The position numbers and the translations under genes are program-made. Below, piece after piece: positions 10,695 to 18,466 of a DNA stretch of 45,466 nt. The DNA lies in assembly GCA_002495645.1 (NCBI GenBank), contig DAGF01000095.1, forward strand, positions 1-45,466, given 5' to 3'. The DNA comes from Euryarchaeota archaeon UBA549 (lineage in GTDB: Archaea; Thermoplasmatota; Poseidoniia; Poseidoniales; Poseidoniaceae). Numbering within the stretch: position 1 is the first letter of the stretch; each line of letters opens with the position of its first letter. The notes under the pieces were generated by a model, which was given only the letters and a program-made list of their open reading frames with translations, ran no database searches and was not told the origin of the DNA.

Positions 10695-11327
10695 ATGGTA
10701 CTCGGATTTTCGTCAATTTTGGAATTTTTTGGCCTTGAAGACATCTCTGGAATTGATGTCTTTTTCGCCGCTATGGCCGTGATTGGAACCATCCTCTTCA
10801 TCATCTACTTCGCCCTCGTGTTGATCGGTGGCGTTGCGGACGGCATTGCCGACGCCATTCCATTCCTTGATGTCAATTTTGAAATGGACGCTGAGGGCGT
10901 TTTCCACATGCTGACCATCCAAGGCCTGCTGAGTTTCATGATGATGTTCGGTATTTTCGGTCTTGCTGTATCACAAGGAGACTACGGCGCTCTGCCTGCA
11001 ATCGCAGCCGGAACCATAACCGGCCTTGCATCGATGTGGATGGTCGGCAAGGTCTTCCAGGCGATTGCTGGATTGGAAACCGATGGCACCGTGGTCCATA
11101 GCCAAGCACTTGGAGCCAAAGGCACCGTTTACCGAACCATCATGCCCGGCAAGTCCGGCCAAGTCCAGGTTGAATTTCAATCCGCCTTGCGCACCTGTGA
11201 AGCAGTGGCGGAAGATGAAACGATGAAAATTGAAACCGGGAAGTTTGTTGTCGTCACCGGAAACGTGGCCGAAACATTGGTCGTCAAACCACTCAGTATC
11301 GCGGATGCTGTAGCCGAGGAAGAATAA
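10695..11327 (+). CDS. NfeD-like (YuaF-type) membrane protein with C-terminal OB-fold
   Basis: About 3 TM, then GAKGTVYRTIMPGKSGQVQV...EAVA...IETGKFVVV. Directly upstream of a flotillin, the usual NfeD-SPFH pairing. Confidence 0.85.
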   Translation: MVLGFSSILEFFGLEDISGIDVFFAAMAVIGTILFIIYFALVLIGGVADGIADAIPFLDVNFEMDAEGVFHMLTIQGLLSFMMMFGIFGLAVSQGDYGALPAIAAGTITGLASMWMVGKVFQAIAGLETDGTVVHSQALGAKGTVYRTIMPGKSGQVQVEFQSALRTCEAVAEDETMKIETGKFVVVTGNVAETLVVKPLSIADAVAEEE

Positions 11328-11373
11328 ATTCGCCGTGTTAACTCTCTTAAAGGAGAACCATGGTCGCACAACC

Positions 11374-12759
11374 ATGATGGAGACCCTCGTCCTCATTGGA
11401 ATTGCCCTGTTTGTCGGAATTGTGCTCGCCACAGTTTACGTGGCGACCTCACGATACAAACTTGCACCTGCGAACAAAATCCTTGTCGTCTACGGTAATA
11501 CCAAGGGCGCTGGAGCCGCTCAGTGTTATCACGGCGGCGGAAAAATCGTTTGGCCACTGGTCCAGAACTACGCCTTCCTCGATCTTCAACCGATGACCAT
11601 CAACATCAACCTTGAACACGCACTCTCGCAACAAAACATCCGCATCAACGTCCCCTCGACCTTTACCATCGGTATCGACACAAAACCGTCCATCATGCAA
11701 AACGCTGCTGTTCGCCTTCTTGGCCTCCAACCCAACGACATCGAGGCCATGGCAAAGGAAATCATCTTCGGTCAACTTCGTTTGACCGTCGCTTCGCTGA
11801 CCATTGAAGAGATCAACGGCGACCGTGAAGCCTTCTTGAGCCAAGTGGTCAACAACGTGGACACCGAACTTCACAAGATTGGTCTCTACCTCATCAACGT
11901 CAACATCACGGACATCACCGACGAAGCTGATTACATCAAGTCCATCGGTGCAAAGGCCGCTGCAGAAGCCATCGCCAAGGCCGATGTTGACCGAGCAAAC
12001 GCCACCCGAGACGGTGCCGTCGGTCAGGCAGAAGCCGACCGAGCCCGTGAAATTCAGGTCGCCAAGAACCGTGCCGAATCCGATAAGGGTCAGAAGGAAG
12101 CAGAAGCCGACCGACGTGTCTACGTCCAGCAGCAAGAATCCAAGGCCGTTGAAGGTGAGAACCTTTCCCGTGCTGAAATTGCCAGCTACAACGCAGACCT
12201 CGCCGAGAAAGAAGCCGAGGCCCTCAAGCGTTCGGAAGTCGCCAAGCGTAAGGCTCAGGTTGAGATCGAGAAGGCCCAGTACGAGTTTGAAGGCCAGCGC
12301 CTGCGTGCTGAGGAAATCGCTCGTGAGGAAGTCTCGAAGCAGCAGATTGAGATCGCTGCCGAAGCCGAGGCCGAACGCCAACGCCGCATCGCCAAGGGTC
12401 AGGCCGACGCCACCCTTGCAGCCTACAACGCTGAAGCAGAAGGTCAGCGAGCCGTTCTCGAAGCCAAGGCTGAAGGATACGCCCGCTTGGTGGCCAGTGC
12501 CGGCGGCGATGCCAAGGCCGCTGCTACGCTGCTGATGGTCGAGAAGATCGAAGAACTGGTCGCTCGCCAAACCGAAGCCATTGCCAACCTCAAGATCGAC
12601 AAGATCACCGTTTGGGATTCCGGCAACAACGGCGGCGAAGGTGGAGCCACCTCGAACTTTGTTTCATCGCTCATCCAGAGCCTCCCACCCGTCCACGACG
12701 TCGCCAAGATGGCCGGCGTCGACCTGCCCGATTACTTGGGCACGATGAAAGACGAGTGA
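11374..12759 (+). CDS. Flotillin-like SPFH/Band-7 protein (FloT/YuaG type)
   Basis: N-terminal TM, SPFH domain (GQLRLTVASLTIEEINGDREAF), long AE/K-rich coiled coil and KIDKITVWDSG motif. Confidence 0.92.
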   Translation: MMETLVLIGIALFVGIVLATVYVATSRYKLAPANKILVVYGNTKGAGAAQCYHGGGKIVWPLVQNYAFLDLQPMTININLEHALSQQNIRINVPSTFTIGIDTKPSIMQNAAVRLLGLQPNDIEAMAKEIIFGQLRLTVASLTIEEINGDREAFLSQVVNNVDTELHKIGLYLINVNITDITDEADYIKSIGAKAAAEAIAKADVDRANATRDGAVGQAEADRAREIQVAKNRAESDKGQKEAEADRRVYVQQQESKAVEGENLSRAEIASYNADLAEKEAEALKRSEVAKRKAQVEIEKAQYEFEGQRLRAEEIAREEVSKQQIEIAAEAEAERQRRIAKGQADATLAAYNAEAEGQRAVLEAKAEGYARLVASAGGDAKAAATLLMVEKIEELVARQTEAIANLKIDKITVWDSGNNGGEGGATSNFVSSLIQSLPPVHDVAKMAGVDLPDYLGTMKDE

Positions 12760-12774
12760 GGTTTGGAACCGAAG

Positions 12775-12798
12775 TTGAGGTCGGGAAACCGGCCTCAA
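12775..12798 (+). terminator. GNRA-capped stem-loop 3' of flotillin (putative terminator or stabiliser)
   Basis: TTGAGGTCGG-GAAA-CCGGCCTCAA: 10-bp stem with one G-U pair, 15 nt after the stop. No U-tract. Confidence 0.5.
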
Positions 12799-12850
12799 GG
12801 CCAACGCCTCAAGCGAGGGTTTCAAAGACTCATTGAACCGGAACGGTCTC

Positions 12851-14566
12851 ATGACCACCGACCTTGAAATCGCTCGTGCTGCCAAAATGGAGCCCATTGA
12901 AGCCGTTGCGTGGAAGTTGGGCATCTCCTCCCACGAACTCATGCCGATGGGAAACGGGGTCGCCAAAGTCAGTTGGAATGCGCTCAAAGAGCGATTCTCC
13001 AAACCACAGGGCAGTTTGGTGCTGGTGACCTCTGTCAACCCAACACCGTTCGGTGAAGGGAAAACCGTGACCACCATCGGTTTGACCCAGGCACTCAATC
13101 GCATTGGACAGTCAGCGACTTGCGTGATTCGTGAACCTTCAATGGGTCCTGTGTTCGGCATCAAGGGCGGGGCTGCTGGAGGCGGTCATGCACAAGTTCT
13201 CCCGATGGAGGACATCAATCTCCACTTGACCGGTGATTTGCACGCCGTTACCTCAGCCCACAACCTGCTCTCCGCACTGATTGACAATCACATCAAGCAC
13301 GGAAACGAGGCGAAACTCGACCCCACCCGAATTTCATGGCCACGTGTCATCGACATGAACGACCGTGCACTTCGAAACATCACCATCGGCATGGGAGGGC
13401 CCGCCAACGGCCACGTACGCGAAGACCGATTTGACATCACGGCAGCCAGTGAGGTGATGGCCATCCTCGTCTTAGCCACCGATTATGCTGACCTTCGTCG
13501 CCGCCTTGGGGACATCGTGGTTGGAACATCAACCGAGGGCAACCCCGTCAAAGCCAGCGACATCGGTGGAGCCGGAGCGATGGCACTGCTCCTGCGCCAA
13601 GCCTTCCTGCCCAACATCACCCAAACGCTGGAAGGCGACCCTGCCTTCATCCACGGCGGACCTTTTGCGAACATCGCCCACGGAAATTCCAGCATCATCG
13701 CTGACCGAATTGCGCTGGCATCGGCCGATATCGTGGTGACCGAAGCGGGCTTTGGTTCTGACATGGGAGCAGAGAAATTCATGCACATCAAAGCGGCCAC
13801 GTCTGGAAAAGCACCGGATTGCGTGGTCATGAACGTCACCGTACGCTCGATGAAACTCCATGGCGGCGCCTTTGGCGACCGCGGGGGCATCCGGCCGGAC
13901 AAAGCCACCCTCGAGGCAGAGAACGTGGAAGCCACCAGCCTCGGTGCCAAAACCAATCTTGACCGACACATCCGCAACATGGCGTCCTTCGGCGTTCCCG
14001 TTGTGGTGTCCATCAACCGCTTCACATCCGATACCGACGCAGAACTGGCCGCCATCACCCAAGCGGCTCATGAGAGCGGTGCACAATCAGTATGCATCAC
14101 CGAAGTTCATGCCAACGGTGGCGCTGGCGGCAAGGATTTGGCTGAAGCCGTGGTCAAAGCGGTGCAAAACCATGTTGCGGCAGGACGACCCTTCGTTCCC
14201 TTGTTCACGCCGGAAACCGACGTGCTCGACAAAGCGACCTCCATCGCCACCCGGCTCTACAAGGCCGATGGCGTTGAATTGACCCCCAAGGCTGTTCGTG
14301 AACTGGAGCGAATTCGCTCCTGGGGCTATGGCCACCTTCCTGTGTGCATGGCCAAAACGCAGTATTCCTTCTCCCACGACGCGTCGCTCCTCGGCGCACC
14401 CTCTGGATTCACCATCCCCGTCCGAGAATTCCGCCTCAATGCAGGTGCAGGCTTCGTAGTCGCCGTCCTTGGCAACATGATGACCATGCCCGGCTTGCCC
14501 AAGCGGCCGGCAGCCCTCGACATGGATATGGATGAAGACGGGAACCTCCTCGGCGTGTTTGGGTGA
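12851..14566 (+). CDS. fhs: Formate--tetrahydrofolate ligase
   Basis: TPFGEGKTVTTIGL, IKGGAAGGG, HGGPFANIAHG, TEAGFGSDMGAEKF, CMAKTQYSFS and MTMPGLP. Confidence 0.96.
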   Translation: MTTDLEIARAAKMEPIEAVAWKLGISSHELMPMGNGVAKVSWNALKERFSKPQGSLVLVTSVNPTPFGEGKTVTTIGLTQALNRIGQSATCVIREPSMGPVFGIKGGAAGGGHAQVLPMEDINLHLTGDLHAVTSAHNLLSALIDNHIKHGNEAKLDPTRISWPRVIDMNDRALRNITIGMGGPANGHVREDRFDITAASEVMAILVLATDYADLRRRLGDIVVGTSTEGNPVKASDIGGAGAMALLLRQAFLPNITQTLEGDPAFIHGGPFANIAHGNSSIIADRIALASADIVVTEAGFGSDMGAEKFMHIKAATSGKAPDCVVMNVTVRSMKLHGGAFGDRGGIRPDKATLEAENVEATSLGAKTNLDRHIRNMASFGVPVVVSINRFTSDTDAELAAITQAAHESGAQSVCITEVHANGGAGGKDLAEAVVKAVQNHVAAGRPFVPLFTPETDVLDKATSIATRLYKADGVELTPKAVRELERIRSWGYGHLPVCMAKTQYSFSHDASLLGAPSGFTIPVREFRLNAGAGFVVAVLGNMMTMPGLPKRPAALDMDMDEDGNLLGVFG

Positions 14567-14570
14567 AGGA

Positions 14571-15635
14571 ATGGACGTCCTGTTTCGAGACCACCACGAA
14601 TGGCGTCTACGGGTTCAAACCGTGGACGATTTGTGGGTCCTCACTCGGTTGATTCAGCCGGGCATGTCTGTTGGCATGTTGGGCGAGAGACGAGACCAAA
14701 CCACTGCCGGTGATGAAGGAGGCCGGTCAAAACAAGCCGAGCGAAAGAAGATGTGGATTCGCCTTGCCGTTGAGCGAACAGAGCACCAATCGTTCACCGA
14801 TGTTCTCCGAATACACGGCATCATTGAAGAGGCCGCATTCGACGTCGGTTTGCACCACACCCACGCCGTGGAATTGCGAGATGAACTCAAAATCTCGTCC
14901 CACAAGGGATTTTCAAAACTTGACCGCGACCTGCTCGAAGAGAGCGTCCGAGCCGCCAACCAAGGCCAAGTGGCCCTCCTGGTGGTGGAAGGCGACGAGA
15001 TGATTCTGTATTTTGTAACCGCTCGAGGCCTGAGAGAAAGTGCCACATGGACCATGCGGGGAGGAGGGAAGCGGGGCGACCTCCGACTCACCGACGGCAT
15101 TGCCAGTCAATTCCGAGCCACGATTGTTGACGGTTTATCCAAGCAGCTTGACCCAGAGATGCCTTTGGTGCTGTGCGGCCCTGGACGCAACCGAGACCGC
15201 ATGCTCGCTGACCTCAAGGCAGCGGGCCACACCCGTCCAATGATGTCGGTGGGCACCAGCATGGGAGGGCGAGGTGCAGCGAACGAAGTCCTCAGAGAGG
15301 GCCTGGCGGGAAACATGCTTGCAGAACACCGTATGGTTCAGGAGATTTCCTTGCTGGAAGAGGCATGGCAGCGTATTTCCACCAACGGTGCCGTCGCCTA
15401 CGGGCGGGCCGACATTCAACGAGCCACCGAAGAAGGGGCCGTCGACACACTCCTCATCGGGGCTGACGTGCTTCGTGAAGATGAAGCCCCAGATGGTCAA
15501 GTGGCATGGTCGCAATTGGCTGAGAGCGTTGAAAAATTCTCAGGCAAGGTCATCCAATGCTCGGTTGACCACGATGCAGGCGAACAACTGTTGGGTTTTG
15601 GGGGCGCCGTCGCCCTGCTTCGATATGCGATGTGA
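14571..15635 (+). CDS. pelA: Archaeal Pelota (Dom34 homolog, ribosome rescue)
   Basis: DDLWVL, LRIHGII, GLHHT, AVAYG, GAVDTLL and AGEQLLGFGGAVALLRY form the eRF1-like three-domain Pelota pattern. SD GGTGAAGGA precedes ATG 14571. Confidence 0.92.
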   Translation: MDVLFRDHHEWRLRVQTVDDLWVLTRLIQPGMSVGMLGERRDQTTAGDEGGRSKQAERKKMWIRLAVERTEHQSFTDVLRIHGIIEEAAFDVGLHHTHAVELRDELKISSHKGFSKLDRDLLEESVRAANQGQVALLVVEGDEMILYFVTARGLRESATWTMRGGGKRGDLRLTDGIASQFRATIVDGLSKQLDPEMPLVLCGPGRNRDRMLADLKAAGHTRPMMSVGTSMGGRGAANEVLREGLAGNMLAEHRMVQEISLLEEAWQRISTNGAVAYGRADIQRATEEGAVDTLLIGADVLREDEAPDGQVAWSQLAESVEKFSGKVIQCSVDHDAGEQLLGFGGAVALLRYAM

Positions 15636-15639
15636 GACC

Positions 15640-15942
15640 GTGCGAACAATTGCTTTTTCCGACCTTGGCGAAGATATCCGCACGTCGCTTCAAGGCCACC
15701 GTTGGTTGGTCATCAAAGGCTCTGAATTACCACAGGCTACCGCAGCCTTGGCCTTCAGCGAACTGGAGGATGTCTTGGTGGTCGTTGACCACCGAGGTAT
15801 CGACGTGGAAGAAGGGTTGTGGATGCGTGCCGTTCACCTGCTCCTTGTCTGGGATGTTGACGAAGCCATCGCTTTGCAGGAGACCAGCGGCATCACCAAG
15901 GTCATGGCCACCGACCAACCGGTTGAATTGCTCCTTTGGTAG
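15640..15942 (+). CDS. Hypothetical protein (~100 aa, MRTIAFSDLGEDIR...ELLLW)
   Basis: 3' part of ORF 15274..15942. GTG 4 nt after the pelota stop fills the gap to the tRNA, with globular-protein-like composition. Confidence 0.65.
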   Translation: MRTIAFSDLGEDIRTSLQGHRWLVIKGSELPQATAALAFSELEDVLVVVDHRGIDVEEGLWMRAVHLLLVWDVDEAIALQETSGITKVMATDQPVELLLW

Positions 15943-16015
15943 TGGGTCTGGAGGGACTCGAACCCTCGATCAACTCCGTGTAAGGGAGGTGTCATAGCCG
16001 CTAGACCACAGACCC
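15943..16015 (-). tRNA. tRNA-Val (anticodon TAC), intronless, CCA not encoded
   Basis: Reverse complement GGGTCTG TG GTCTAGCGGCTATGAC A CCTCC CT TAC AC GGAGT TGATC GAGGG TTCGAGT CCCTC CAGACCC A folds as a cloverleaf, with a C27-U43 mismatch. Confidence 0.96.
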
Positions 16016-16095
16016 AACTCGCCCTGCATCAACCCCTTTTTGAAAAGTGCGCCCCCAACGGAACGCTCAAAACCCACGCCGTTGACCAGTGGTCA

Positions 16096-16791
16096 ATGGA
16101 TGCCAATATCCAGGCCGCTGCCGCCAAGTTGGTGCGCAAACTGAAGAGTGACAACTACTCACTCACCGTGGCAGAATCGTGTACGGGTGGCCTGCTCGCC
16201 AGCACCCTCACGGACATTGCCGGTGCCAGTTCCTGGTTCAAGAAATCCTGGGTGACCTACGCCAACGAAGCCAAAATCGTGGAACTCAACGTTGACCCCG
16301 AAGAATTAGCGAGCAAGGGCGCCGTGTCCGCCCAGGTCGCCATTATGATGGCAAAGGGCGCACTTGAGCGAGCAGAAGCGGATTACGCCATTTCCGTTAC
16401 TGGTATTGCTGGACCCACCAACGAAGGCAGCAAGAAACCGGTGGGAACCGTCTACGTGGGTATTGCTTCCATACACGGTTGGGCAAACGCGATTCATACC
16501 CAAATCGGTGGAACTCGGGCAGAAAACAAAGCCGGTTTCGTCTATTTTGCACTCCTTACTGCCATGCAGTGTTGGGATGACGCAATGGTGCGTTTATCAC
16601 AAAAAGAAAAGGATGCGGCACTGGCAAAACTCGAGGCGGAACGACTTGAGCAACAACGGGAAGAGGAGCGTGAACGCCGCGACCAAGAAGCCCGAGAACA
16701 TGCACCATGGCAAGACGAAGCGTGGTCAGAAGAACAAGAGGGCGAAGAGATCGGTCTCGAGGTGGAATGGTCGGAAGACCAAGAAGAGTGA
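16096..16791 (+). CDS. CinA C-terminal domain / PncC-like NMN amidohydrolase with acidic C-terminal extension
   Basis: AESCTGG, GASSWF, TYANEAK, GAVS, TGIAGP and KPVGTVYVG. Confidence 0.9.
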   Translation: MDANIQAAAAKLVRKLKSDNYSLTVAESCTGGLLASTLTDIAGASSWFKKSWVTYANEAKIVELNVDPEELASKGAVSAQVAIMMAKGALERAEADYAISVTGIAGPTNEGSKKPVGTVYVGIASIHGWANAIHTQIGGTRAENKAGFVYFALLTAMQCWDDAMVRLSQKEKDAALAKLEAERLEQQREEERERRDQEAREHAPWQDEAWSEEQEGEEIGLEVEWSEDQEE

Positions 16792-16850
16792 ACATCACGT
16801 CCTTCCAACCAAGGCACATACCTTTTGAATCGTCGTCCTTCATTCGGGTT

Positions 16851-18458
16851 ATGGGTGAGCCTTGGTCCGACATCGTCGCCCATTTGCGCAGCCAGCGGCT
16901 GCTCGCCCCTCAATCGCTGCAAGACCGTCTGCTCAACCTCGCCGACCCAAAATCAGTCATTGAAGCAGCAGGAGCACTCAACCTTTCAGGCGGGATGTTG
17001 ACCGCATCAATGCTCGATGAAATGATCGCTCACGCGGGAGGAGTCGGAGGGCAGGGCCCCGCCCCAACCGCCGTCAACGACGTGATCGCCCAACCTGCAG
17101 AAGATTTGGCCCGAACCATCGCACCGTTAGCGGAACCTGAACCGGTTGACCTGTTGTTGCGAAACAATCTGCCCGATTGGAGCGACGCGGATTTTTCCAT
17201 GCACGCCAGCGACGCCGCATCCGACATCACCGTGCACTACGACATCACCGGCAATTCCACCACCGAGGGGAAGATGACCGACATCACGGCGTGTTTCAAC
17301 GACCGCTTGCAAAGCATTCGTAAGTTGATCATCCAAAACTCAAACCTTCCTCGTAAGCATCAGGAAATCTCACGATTATTGGCCGAATATTCTCGCTACC
17401 AGGGCTACGATAACAAGGCCGTGGCCATCGGCTTGGTCAACGAACCTCGCTACACGAAGAACGGCCACTTGATGTGGGGTTTGGAAGATGAGACCGGTGA
17501 GATGACCTGCCTGCTCACAAAGCGAAGCGGAGAAGACCGAGACCGTGCTCATGAACAGATTCTGGAAGCGGGCTTGATGCCCGATGACGTCATGGGCGTC
17601 TCAGGCACGTTCAGCCAAACAGGTGATGTGTTCTACGTTGACGATTTGCACTTCCCGCTTGAAACCAAACACCAGAAGGTCAGTGCTGATGCAGGTGTGA
17701 GTGTCGCCTTCCTTTCGGACATTCACGTCGGCTCCAAGACCTTCCTTGAAGCGCAATGGCACAAGATGGTTCGTTGGTTCCACACCGACCCGCTGGCGAA
17801 GACCATCAAGTACCTCATTCTCTCCGGAGATTGTGTTGATGGAGTCGGCATTTACCCCGGGCAGGACAAAGAGTTGGCCATCCCGGATTTATTCGCTCAG
17901 TACAGTGAATTTGCTCGATTATTGGAACTGCTCCCAGAATGGGTGGAGTGTTTGATGTTGCCCGGAAACCACGACGCTGTACGACCTGCCGAACCACAAC
18001 CAACCTTCGAAAAAGACATCCAGCAGGACTACAACACCACGACCTTTGTCGGCAATCCCTGCGACTTTTCACTGCACGGGGTTCGCTTGCTCTCCTACCA
18101 TGGCAAGTCCATTGACGATTTCGTGGCGGGATTGAGAACCGTCACCTACGCCGACCCGGTGGAAGCCATGCGCGAGATGTTGCGACGACGTCATCTTGCG
18201 CCACAATGGGGCGGGAAGACCCCGCTTTCACCCGAACCGGAGGACGGTTTGGTCATCCGTGAAGTCCCTGACATCTTTGTCACCGGGCACGTTCACGGCC
18301 ATGAATGCCTGGATTTCAGGGGCACCACCTTGGTCTGTTCCAGCACGTGGCAAGACCAGACCTCGTATCAGCGCATGTTGGGCTTCCAACCCAAACCCTG
18401 CATGCTGACCATCATCAATCTCAAGAGCCACAAATCCATCTCAATTCCGTTCGCTTGA
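16851..18458 (+). CDS. polB: DNA polymerase D small (proofreading exonuclease) subunit DP1
   Basis: OB-fold (TKNGH...LEDETG), then calcineurin-like phosphoesterase motifs SDIHVGS, GDCVDG, PGNHD, YHG and GHVH. ATG 16851 follows a TATA-like TTTTGAA. Confidence 0.95.
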   Translation: MGEPWSDIVAHLRSQRLLAPQSLQDRLLNLADPKSVIEAAGALNLSGGMLTASMLDEMIAHAGGVGGQGPAPTAVNDVIAQPAEDLARTIAPLAEPEPVDLLLRNNLPDWSDADFSMHASDAASDITVHYDITGNSTTEGKMTDITACFNDRLQSIRKLIIQNSNLPRKHQEISRLLAEYSRYQGYDNKAVAIGLVNEPRYTKNGHLMWGLEDETGEMTCLLTKRSGEDRDRAHEQILEAGLMPDDVMGVSGTFSQTGDVFYVDDLHFPLETKHQKVSADAGVSVAFLSDIHVGSKTFLEAQWHKMVRWFHTDPLAKTIKYLILSGDCVDGVGIYPGQDKELAIPDLFAQYSEFARLLELLPEWVECLMLPGNHDAVRPAEPQPTFEKDIQQDYNTTTFVGNPCDFSLHGVRLLSYHGKSIDDFVAGLRTVTYADPVEAMREMLRRRHLAPQWGGKTPLSPEPEDGLVIREVPDIFVTGHVHGHECLDFRGTTLVCSSTWQDQTSYQRMLGFQPKPCMLTIINLKSHKSISIPFA

Positions 18459-18466
18459 GACGAACT

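Noticed and set aside
11449-12570. 373-aa minus-strand ORF opposite flotillin
   Set aside because: Antisense mirror of the AE/K-rich coiled coil (L/G/F-rich), with no independent evidence.
15943-16015. tRNA-Val as an integration site for an island
   Set aside because: No integrase, no duplicated tRNA 3' end noticed, and housekeeping genes on both sides.
16707-16850. ORF-track N-terminal extensions (DP1 from 16707; likewise 29547, 30766, 14532, 11335, 9953, 15274)
   Set aside because: They overlap neighbouring genes or promoters. Downstream starts have TATA or SD support and match family N-termini.
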